From positions 2,698 through 66,697 of IMG/VR virus record IMGVR_UViG_3300030333_002409: 64,000 nt of DNA; one strand, 5' to 3'. This document shows positions 18,024 through 25,084 of this stretch, one piece after another. Origin of the DNA: a virus. The notes below the pieces were generated by a model. That model did no database searches and had not been told where the DNA came from. It saw only the letters and a program-made list of their open reading frames with translations. Position numbers and translations under genes: made by a program. Each line of letters begins with the position of its first letter. The stretch's first letter is position 1.

Positions 18024-18544
18024 GTAGGCTCATTGATGAGCTTATGAATGTACACGCCGAGCTCGCAAGCAGGGAGAACTTTAGCTCCCTGCTTGTGGGC
18101 CAGTGTGCTTTAGTAGAAAAGGATTACATATCTTCTATTGCGGCTGCGTTACTTACTCTTGGTGGTAGGCATGGGCCTACTGTACAAACAGTTAAGTTTC
18201 TATCTAAGATAGGAGACTTTGATCCTACAGTGTACTATAAACATGGTCTAGTTATCCCCGGATGGGGCTCAGCTTTTCATAAAGGCGAGCCTGACCCGCA
18301 TTTCGATACACTAGATGGCTTCTTGTTCGAAGATAATAACTCTCTTTGGGCAAAGATTAAGGAGTATACTAATAAGATTCACGATACAGGTAAGATACTG
18401 TACCCTAACGCTGCTTGCTATACCGCAGCTGTTGCTATAACAGAAGGGATACCAGCAGAAGTTTCTCCCTACCTACTCATTAAAGGTAGGCTAGATGTGT
18501 GGACAGATCTTTACCTAAAGAATAAAGGAACCAGACTTCCGTAG
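18020..18544 (+). CDS. Truncated citrate synthase / citryl-CoA lyase-like protein
   Basis: IAAALLTLGGRHGP, IPGWGS...DP, YPNAA align with the HG, GFGH, DPR and PNVD motifs. Confidence 0.65.
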   Translation: MSRLIDELMNVHAELASRENFSSLLVGQCALVEKDYISSIAAALLTLGGRHGPTVQTVKFLSKIGDFDPTVYYKHGLVIPGWGSAFHKGEPDPHFDTLDGFLFEDNNSLWAKIKEYTNKIHDTGKILYPNAACYTAAVAITEGIPAEVSPYLLIKGRLDVWTDLYLKNKGTRLP

Positions 18545-18608
18545 CTCAGTTGGATAGAGCAACGGTCTTCTAAACCGTAGGTCGCTGGTTCGAGTCCAGC
18601 CGGAAGTG
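18535..18608 (+). tRNA. trnR: tRNA-Arg(TCT)
   Basis: Acceptor ACTTCCG/CGGAAGT; D arm AGCTCAGTTGGATAGAGC; anticodon loop CTTCTAA; GGTTCGAGTCC; no encoded CCA. Confidence 0.95.
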
Positions 18609-18610
18609 TA

Positions 18611-18688
18611 TGTTAGGGTACAGAGAGGATCAGCGGATCCAGAAGGTAAGCAGAACGCGAGCGAGCTTCCCCTTTCTGTATCCTAACA
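18611..18688 (+). ncRNA. Putative structured small RNA (long closing helix)
   Basis: TGTTAGGGTACAGAGAGG pairs with CCTTTCTGTATCCTAACA (18 bp including G-U). Confidence 0.5.
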
Positions 18689-18690
18689 AA

Positions 18691-18890
18691 GACTCTGCCG
18701 AGTACAAAGCCTTTGGTGACCTTGATTGTCGTACCCTCCGATGGTACATATGTAAAGGCAAGATAGGTGAAGATGATGTAAGATTCATTACGGTAGTGAT
18801 TGTCGCACGGTTACTCAAGGGATAAGACCCTGCCTTCTAACGGAGGTAACAGCGTTTCAATCGGAGACACAGTGGCTTGTGTCCAGAGTC
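18691..18890 (+). ncRNA. Putative 200-nt pseudoknotted ncRNA
   Basis: Closing stem GACTCTG/CAGAGTC; internal stems; hairpin loop CTCCGAT complementary to ATCGGAG at 18860-18866. Confidence 0.55.
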
Positions 18891-18893
18891 AAT

Positions 18894-18967
18894 GGCTCCG
18901 TAGCCCAACAGGCAGAGGCAGTGGACTTAAAATCCATACAGTGTGGGTTCGAATCCCACCGGAGCTA
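18894..18967 (+). tRNA. trnL: tRNA-Leu(TAA), short variable arm
   Basis: GGCTCCG/CGGAGCT; anticodon loop CTTAAAA; GGTTCGAATCC. Confidence 0.93.
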
Positions 18968-18973
18968 TTTGTG

Positions 18974-19002
18974 TTGACTAGTTAGGTATCCTGCTATACT
19001 AT
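18974..19002 (+). promoter_or_regulatory. Host sigma70-type promoter
   Basis: TTGACT-17 bp-TACTAT, with an overlapping extended -10 TGcTATACT. Confidence 0.6.
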
Positions 19003-19100
19003 ACCCCAGAGATACCCGCATATGCAAGGTGTAGGTTGTCAACACATTGGATACACGAAGTGCTTGATCACATACATGATACTGCGGGTTGTATCCAGCT

Positions 19101-19173
19101 GGGCTGGTAGCTCAGCGGTCAGAGCACACGACTCATAATCGTTCGGTCGCCGGTTCAAATCCGGCCCAGCCTA
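19101..19173 (+). tRNA. tRNA with CAT anticodon, probably Ile2 (lysidine type)
   Basis: GGGCTGG/CCAGCCT; CACGA-CTCATAA-TCGTT arm resembling bacterial tRNA-Ile2; lacks the initiator GGG/CCC pairs. Confidence 0.9.
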
Positions 19174-19186
19174 TTAAGGAGATAGC

Positions 19187-19351
19187 ATGAAAGAAGAAGA
19201 AAAATCTAAAGGACTTGGAGATACTGTGTCTAAGGTTATTAAAAAAATTACTAGAGGAAAGGTATCAGAGTGCGAGCCTTGTCGAAAGAGACGGGAGGCA
19301 TTAAACAAAGCACTGCCATATAGGCAGGATAAAGATAAGGAGGAGTCATGA
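19187..19351 (+). CDS. Small protein of the SKGLGDTV...CxxC..R.E.LNK type
   Basis: Translated by hand; SD TAAGGAG. Confidence 0.7.
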   Translation: MKEEEKSKGLGDTVSKVIKKITRGKVSECEPCRKRREALNKALPYRQDKDKEES

Positions 19352-19518
19352 TGGCAGGTAAAGGAGATACTTATCGTAAGGTGGACCCTGATAAGTGGGA
19401 GAAGGGGTGGGAATCAGCCTTCGGAAAGATAACTCAAGAAGAAAAGACTGAAGAAACTGATAGGGCTCTTCAAGAAAAGATGACTAACAACATGAAGGCG
19501 GAGGATTTAAACGACTGA
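19351..19518 (+). CDS. Small protein (MAGKGDTYRKVD...W..AFGK)
   Basis: Translated by hand; SD AAGGAGG; TGATG coupling. Confidence 0.7.
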   Translation: MAGKGDTYRKVDPDKWEKGWESAFGKITQEEKTEETDRALQEKMTNNMKAEDLND

Positions 19519-19540
19519 TAGTACAGGAGTTATGCCAACG

Positions 19541-19572
19541 CCCTTATATCGGGTCTATGGATGCAATCCATA
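19541..19572 (+). promoter_or_regulatory. Class B promoter with overlapping palindrome (CCCTTATATCGGGTC-TATGGAT-GCA-ATCCATA)
   Basis: Repeated motif immediately upstream of RNAP2. Confidence 0.75.
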
Positions 19573-19602
19573 CACCTCAGAATGAATAACAAGGAGATGA
19601 TT

Positions 19603-22050
19603 ATGTACAAATGGAATAGTATTCCCCAGCAAGAACGTGATGATAGAAAAAATCTTCAGGTTGTTTGGGAAGAAGATCTCCTTTCTATGGGCATTAATAA
19701 ATATTGGAGTGATTTTAATAGAGCTCCAGATGAGAGTGAACCTGAACAACAACTGTTAGATGCTAGTGTTATACACTTACAGCCTCTCTTCCAAGTTTGG
19801 ATTGACGAGGCTGCTAAGAGACCTAGGACTCCGAGCTGGTTGATTCCTCTACTCAGTATTGGGTCATTCAAAGCAGCAGATATTGTTATTAGAAATGTTC
19901 TTAGATTAACACTAGAAGGATCTGCTTCTGGTGGGGTGGCTTCTTCCTTTAGGAAGGAACCAAGAGCACAAACTATTGCTTCTTGTATTGCAGATGATGT
20001 TATTAATATTGTCTCGTATCAAGCAAGCAAAGAACAATTTAGAGATGATTGGAAAAGACAGTCTAAGTTTACTAAGAACTGGTCACCCAAGAGATGCTTA
20101 GCCTTTACTAAAAAGTTAGGAAACATTCCTCAATTACCTAGGAAAGGAAAGCAAGACTTCGGACATGCTATGCTTAGGATAGCACTGCTATCTGATATCT
20201 TAGTGGCGGACAAGGTTAGAATAAAACCAAACTCACGGTGCAAAACAAAGGAGCATATATATGTCCGATTAAATGATAAGATTTTGGAGGAGCTGCACAC
20301 TAAGCACCACCTTCTAGAACTCTCTTCTCTCATATATCGACCAATGATTGCTCCTCCTTTGGACCACCTTCCAGAAGAACCCGGAGGTAATTACTTACGG
20401 TGGATTAGAAAACCTACAGTTAAACGATACGTAAACAATAGTAGGGTCGAAGAGGATAAGATCACACAGCACTGCTCAGAGCTAGTACTAAAGGGTCTGA
20501 ACTCTCTTCAACAAACTGAGTGGTCAATCAATGAACCGGTCCTCCGAGTAATGGAGGACTTCTTTGAAGGCAACACAGCTTTAGCTAATCTCCCGACCTA
20601 CGACTTTGAAGGATTCTCCATGAGGAAGTATCCTCAAGAGGGTAGTAAGGTTGAGCAGGGTCGGTGGATGGCTGAGCGTGAAGAGAAGTGGGGTAAATGG
20701 TATAGGGATGAGCAAAAGCGGGGGCGTATGTTAGTTAGAATGCATCTAGCTAATCAACTTATCCCGCATGGATGGTTCTACCACCCGTACAGCCTAGACT
20801 TTAGAGGAAGAGCATATACAGCATGCGAACTTCTATCCCCACAAGGTGCGGACTTTGATCGAGGGCTTCTGTTGTTTGCGAATGCTAAGAAGCAAACCCC
20901 AAGGGGATTGTATTGGCTTAAGGTTCACACGGCTAATCTCTTTGATCAAGATAAACTTCCTTATGATGAAAGGGTGGCATGGGTTGATGAGAATATGCCC
21001 ATGCTTATGCGTATTGCTGAAAACCCTTATGATAATAAGGAGTGGGTTTCCGATAAAGAAAAGAAGAACCCTTCCTTCCAGAGATTGGCAGCGTGCTTTG
21101 AGCTAGCCAGAAAGGATGGGCTTACTCAACTTCCTGTCCAACTCGATGGGGCTTGTAACGGATCCCAACACTGGTCAGTTATTATGGGGGATGAGACTGT
21201 AGCGGAACTTACTAATGTTATTGGAAGCCACTCTCCTCAAGATCTCTATGGATTTGTAGCTCAGCAAACCACTGACATCATCGCTAAGAACGAAGATGAT
21301 CTTGATTGGTTTGTTACATTTATGGATCACTGGCAAGAAGGCATTGAACGTGCTGTAGTCAAGAGACCTACAATGTGTGATGCTTATGGCCTAACCTTCT
21401 ACGGTATTCAGAAGTATCTTAAATTGGAGGGACACCTTGATTGGGTTCCTCGTGATGATAGAGGTGGTGCTGTAGTCGAGATGGCAAGAGCTGTCCAGCA
21501 GGGACTAGGCATGACTCTAGATATGCCTAACAAAGGAAAGGATTGGTTAAAGGAAGTAGCTTCAGTGGCCAACCTATCAGAGAAACATTTAATCTGGACT
21601 ACTCCCTCAGGATTTATTGTCGAACATGTGTATCAGCCTATTAGACAACGCCGGTCTTACACCGAGTTGTTTAATCAAAAGAAATTTGAACTGGTCTTTG
21701 CAAACTATTACGATGGTGTTAACGCAAACGGACAGGAGCTTGGGATTGCTCCGAACTTTATTCACAGTTTAGATGCTGCCCATATGTTCTTAACTCTTAT
21801 TAGATTACTACAAAAGAACGTTGATTCATTTTCCATGATTCATGACTCCTATGGTGTACATGCACCTGATGTGGACATCATGAATGAATGTTTACGTCAA
21901 GCGTTCATTGAAATACATAAGGAGAATGTACTTGAAACGTTCAAGCAGGATGTCGAGGAGTACCTCGGCATCGTCGCTCCGCCAATCCCCAATCCAGCCG
22001 GAGGACTTGACCCCGCCTGTGTCCTCGACTCCGAATACTTCTTTAGTTAA
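19603..22050 (+). CDS. T7-type single-subunit RNA polymerase 2 (about 815 aa)
   Basis: RPMIAPP, DFRGRAY, PVQLDGACNGSQH, RAVVKRPTMCDAYG, APNFIHSLDAAH, IHDSYG, C-terminal SEYFFS; SD AAGGAG before ATG 19603. Confidence 0.97.
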   Translation: MYKWNSIPQQERDDRKNLQVVWEEDLLSMGINKYWSDFNRAPDESEPEQQLLDASVIHLQPLFQVWIDEAAKRPRTPSWLIPLLSIGSFKAADIVIRNVLRLTLEGSASGGVASSFRKEPRAQTIASCIADDVINIVSYQASKEQFRDDWKRQSKFTKNWSPKRCLAFTKKLGNIPQLPRKGKQDFGHAMLRIALLSDILVADKVRIKPNSRCKTKEHIYVRLNDKILEELHTKHHLLELSSLIYRPMIAPPLDHLPEEPGGNYLRWIRKPTVKRYVNNSRVEEDKITQHCSELVLKGLNSLQQTEWSINEPVLRVMEDFFEGNTALANLPTYDFEGFSMRKYPQEGSKVEQGRWMAEREEKWGKWYRDEQKRGRMLVRMHLANQLIPHGWFYHPYSLDFRGRAYTACELLSPQGADFDRGLLLFANAKKQTPRGLYWLKVHTANLFDQDKLPYDERVAWVDENMPMLMRIAENPYDNKEWVSDKEKKNPSFQRLAACFELARKDGLTQLPVQLDGACNGSQHWSVIMGDETVAELTNVIGSHSPQDLYGFVAQQTTDIIAKNEDDLDWFVTFMDHWQEGIERAVVKRPTMCDAYGLTFYGIQKYLKLEGHLDWVPRDDRGGAVVEMARAVQQGLGMTLDMPNKGKDWLKEVASVANLSEKHLIWTTPSGFIVEHVYQPIRQRRSYTELFNQKKFELVFANYYDGVNANGQELGIAPNFIHSLDAAHMFLTLIRLLQKNVDSFSMIHDSYGVHAPDVDIMNECLRQAFIEIHKENVLETFKQDVEEYLGIVAPPIPNPAGGLDPACVLDSEYFFS

Positions 22051-22309
22051 TCATATTATCGTTGAGGTAGTTTGGTTAGATGCTGAGGCATGTGGAGATT
22101 CTGGATGGACAAACATCGAAGAGGGGATGGAGGAGGCGGCAAAAAGACCACCGCTAATGAGAACTTTGGGCTATGTGTTATATAGTAATGAGGAGTTTAT
22201 CTCCGTTACCGATAGCATAGGTCCTGAGGAATGCGGTATGATAAATAAAATTCCTAAGCAAATGATTAAGGAGCTTTACCGGTATGATCGACCCCGAGAA
22301 TTGGAGTGA
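22007..22309 (+). CDS. Hypothetical phage protein (VxWxDA...GW...IP); start uncertain
   Basis: EVVWLDAEACGDSGW...RTLGYV...KIPKQMI pattern in the ORF-track frame 21884-22309. Confidence 0.6.
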   Translation: MTPPVSSTPNTSLVNHIIVEVVWLDAEACGDSGWTNIEEGMEEAAKRPPLMRTLGYVLYSNEEFISVTDSIGPEECGMINKIPKQMIKELYRYDRPRELE

Positions 22310-22389
22310 TCTCATTTCTGATGAGGATGATGGTGACGATACCCCCGAACACAGTGGCTGGACCTATCTAGACGATGAAGACTGGATAG

Positions 22390-22662
22390 ATGAGCCGGAC
22401 ACAGGAGTATATAGTGACTAAGTTTAATAAAGATAGAATTAACAATAGAATATACAGCAAGAAAGCTAGGAAAGAAATGGCGAAGAACATAACCAACCTT
22501 GATGGGTCCGCTCCCATCACAGGAACAGAAGGTTCTCGCCCTGTTAAAAGTAATTTAAATCCAAAGGAATCAAGAGCCCGTTGGGATCTAGCCTTTGGAA
22601 AGATAACTCAAGAAGAGTTCAATGAACTCAAGGAATCAGGAGAATTTGAAGATGATGGATAA
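22390..22662 (+). CDS. Hypothetical protein
   Basis: ORF track; shares WxxAFGKITQEE with the 19351 ORF. Confidence 0.55.
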   Translation: MSRTQEYIVTKFNKDRINNRIYSKKARKEMAKNITNLDGSAPITGTEGSRPVKSNLNPKESRARWDLAFGKITQEEFNELKESGEFEDDG

Positions 22663-23026
22663 CAACCTTACAGCAGGAATGAACCCGCAACTTAAGGGAG
22701 CTTTAGCAAGAATCGAAGAGTTTTGTGAAATGGGCAGAGCCTTGGAGATTGAGATGGGGGTTAGACATGATGTAGAAAGAGGCAAAGTCCCACACTCTTG
22801 GTGGAGTACACTCAAGAAGCTTAACTGGGATGCCGAAAAGTTTAAAGAAGAATTTTTAAAGGAGATTCAAGATGGAAGTAATGACGAAAACGTTCAAGGG
22901 AGTAGCGGGGACGGACAAGACACACGAAGTGATATGTCCGACCCGGAGTGTGGACTCGGACACATGGCTGACAACTGCCCAGAAGGATGCAGTGAAGGGG
23001 AATGTGAACATCCACGAACCGATTGA
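22652..23026 (+). CDS. Hypothetical protein
   Basis: AGGAG upstream of MMDNNL; 3' end overlaps the next ORF. Confidence 0.5.
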   Translation: MMDNNLTAGMNPQLKGALARIEEFCEMGRALEIEMGVRHDVERGKVPHSWWSTLKKLNWDAEKFKEEFLKEIQDGSNDENVQGSSGDGQDTRSDMSDPECGLGHMADNCPEGCSEGECEHPRTD

Positions 23027-23192
23027 AGCCTACTATGAAAAGTGGGATCATGTTTGTGATAAGCATGGGGAGTACGTAAGTGCTTCGCCTATCCCAAACA
23101 CGAAAGAGAGGAGAGATCTTCCCCCGCTAGCAGCACAGTGGAAAGCAGATGCTAAGCGTAGGTTTGCTTCAAAGGAGGTAAGCGATGGCTAG
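22872..23192 (+). CDS. Hypothetical protein
   Basis: AAGGAG upstream; coupled to the phosphoesterase gene. Confidence 0.55.
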   Translation: MEVMTKTFKGVAGTDKTHEVICPTRSVDSDTWLTTAQKDAVKGNVNIHEPIEAYYEKWDHVCDKHGEYVSASPIPNTKERRDLPPLAAQWKADAKRRFASKEVSDG

Positions 23193-23880
23193 GGTTCTTG
23201 CGATAGGTGATTTGCATGAGCCTGCTACCCATCCCGGCTATCTAGATTTTTGTCTAGATGTGTATGACCTATGGGACTGCGATACCGTAGTATTCCTAGG
23301 GGATATTGTAGATCACCATAACATATCTTTCCACGCGAAAGATATCGATAGTTCAGATGTCAATACAGAATATAACATGGCATTAGAAGGAGTACAGAAG
23401 TGGAATAAAGCTTTCCCCAAAGCCTCGGTTACTATCGGTAACCATGACATGCGAGTATATAGGCTAGCATCTACTGTAAACATTCCCTCTCAGTTTATCC
23501 GCGACTATGCCGATGTCTGGAATACTCCTAAGTGGAGGTGGGTCCATAGTCTGGAGATTGACGATGTTCTTTACTATCATGGCGAGGGAGTTAGTGGCAT
23601 GAACACTGCCTTCAACGCAAGTAGAAGTCAAATGATTTCTACGGTTATTGGCCACCACCATTCTAATGCTGGGACAAAGTGGTTGTGTGGTCCTAACGGA
23701 CGTATCTTTGGAATGGACGTAGGTTGTGGTGTAGATATTGACAATCCTGCTATGAGCTATGGTTCTAAGTTTCTAAAGAAACCAGTACTGAGTTGTGGTG
23801 TGATCCTTGATGGGATACCGTACCACGAAATTATGCCTTGTGCTAAAGGCGAACCTTATTACAAAGGAAATTTTAAATGA
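23185..23880 (+). CDS. Calcineurin-like metallophosphoesterase
   Basis: GDLH, GDIVD, GNHD, HG, GHHH motifs. Confidence 0.9.
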   Translation: MARVLAIGDLHEPATHPGYLDFCLDVYDLWDCDTVVFLGDIVDHHNISFHAKDIDSSDVNTEYNMALEGVQKWNKAFPKASVTIGNHDMRVYRLASTVNIPSQFIRDYADVWNTPKWRWVHSLEIDDVLYYHGEGVSGMNTAFNASRSQMISTVIGHHHSNAGTKWLCGPNGRIFGMDVGCGVDIDNPAMSYGSKFLKKPVLSCGVILDGIPYHEIMPCAKGEPYYKGNFK

Positions 23881-24101
23881 CAGAAGAAAAACAAAAGTTT
23901 CAAGTAAATGAAAAGTTTAAGGACTATACTGATCAGGGAATCTCTGCTCCACAAGTCTTGACTTTTCTAGATAACATTCAGATCATGCTTAGGGCTATTG
24001 CTGGGGATATTGAAATGGCTATTAATAATATTCAAGCCACTAAACCCGAGCCTGCACCTGAAGACAAGGAAGAAAGTAAGGAAGAAGTAGACGCGACGTA
24101 A
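23877..24101 (+). CDS. Hypothetical protein
   Basis: ATGA overlap; ORF track. Confidence 0.6.
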   Translation: MTEEKQKFQVNEKFKDYTDQGISAPQVLTFLDNIQIMLRAIAGDIEMAINNIQATKPEPAPEDKEESKEEVDAT

Positions 24102-24127
24102 TATCGGGTCTATGGATACAATCCATA
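24099..24127 (+). promoter_or_regulatory. Class B promoter with overlapping palindrome (TAATATCGGGTC-TATGGAT-ACA-ATCCATA)
   Basis: Repeated motif upstream of the SSB/replication operon. Confidence 0.75.
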
Positions 24128-24157
24128 CTCATTACATTAACAAAGGAGAAAAAAGTA

Positions 24158-24685
24158 ATGGATAATAAATATGGTAAGTCTCTATTCACTGGAGACGTAA
24201 GCGTCACTTGGTCACATTTGCACAAGCCTGACGTTAAGTTCGGTAACCCACACCATAGCTTGACCGTCCAGTTGGACGATGAGCTTCTGGCTACCCTCAC
24301 CAACACAATGAAGGAGATGGGCGGAAAGAAGATCAATGGTATGGGCGAAAACAAAGAAGGAGTCAAGACCGTTAAGTTTAAGAACGTACTCAAGGCAAAG
24401 GAAGGCATGCAGACATTCCCCTGTGTCGATGCTGAGGCCAAGCCGACAAGAGCCCTGCCGTTTGGCGGAGACATTTGTCGTGTGAAGGTTACTCCATGTG
24501 TCCTCGGTCGAGACGAGTCTGTCTCCTTCTATCTTGAAGGTGTTCAGATCATCGAGAAGACCGACACATCAGGAATGACCTCAGGCTTTGAGAAGACTGA
24601 AGGGTTCCGTGATGAGGATTTAGGTACGTCCGCACCCGTGGCTGCCAATCTCCCTGACGAAGACCTTGAAGACCTTCCATTCTGA
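24158..24685 (+). CDS. Single-stranded DNA-binding protein (T7 gp2.5-like)
   Basis: WSHLHKPDVKF, GG..V, LEGVQII, acidic tail ending DLPF; position before nuclease and primase. Confidence 0.85.
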   Translation: MDNKYGKSLFTGDVSVTWSHLHKPDVKFGNPHHSLTVQLDDELLATLTNTMKEMGGKKINGMGENKEGVKTVKFKNVLKAKEGMQTFPCVDAEAKPTRALPFGGDICRVKVTPCVLGRDESVSFYLEGVQIIEKTDTSGMTSGFEKTEGFRDEDLGTSAPVAANLPDEDLEDLPF

Positions 24686-25065
24686 TGTCGGAGTTTGTCT
24701 TCAAAGTCAATCCAATAGCCGCTAGTCGGCCAAGAGTTTCTAAATGGGGTGCTTATTATACAGGACCCTATAAGAAATTTAAGATTGATGCTGCGAAGAC
24801 CGTCGCGGATACTCTCGGTCCGGAGTGGGTTCCTTTAGAGGATAACCTCCGGACTGAGGTATTCGTATATGTAACTAAACCTAAAAGAACTAAGCTCGAT
24901 TATCCAAAGGCGGATATCGACAACTACTTAAAAGCTATTTTTGATTGTCTAAACGGCAAACTTTGGGTTGATGATAAACAGGTCATTGTTGTCCACGCTG
25001 AAAAGTCGTGGACGGATCCCGGCGAAGAGGGATACTTTGTTGTAAAAGTGAATAAAATCAAATAG
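24685..25065 (+). CDS. rusA: RusA-family Holliday junction resolvase
   Basis: RPRV, DIDNYLKAIFDCLN...DDKQV. Confidence 0.88.
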   Translation: MSEFVFKVNPIAASRPRVSKWGAYYTGPYKKFKIDAAKTVADTLGPEWVPLEDNLRTEVFVYVTKPKRTKLDYPKADIDNYLKAIFDCLNGKLWVDDKQVIVVHAEKSWTDPGEEGYFVVKVNKIK

Positions 25066-25084
25066 CTAACAAGGAAACTGTACT

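Noticed and set aside
18610-18985. ORFs 18610-18825 and 18800-18985
   Set aside because: No SD; they overlap tRNA-Leu and the structured RNA candidates.
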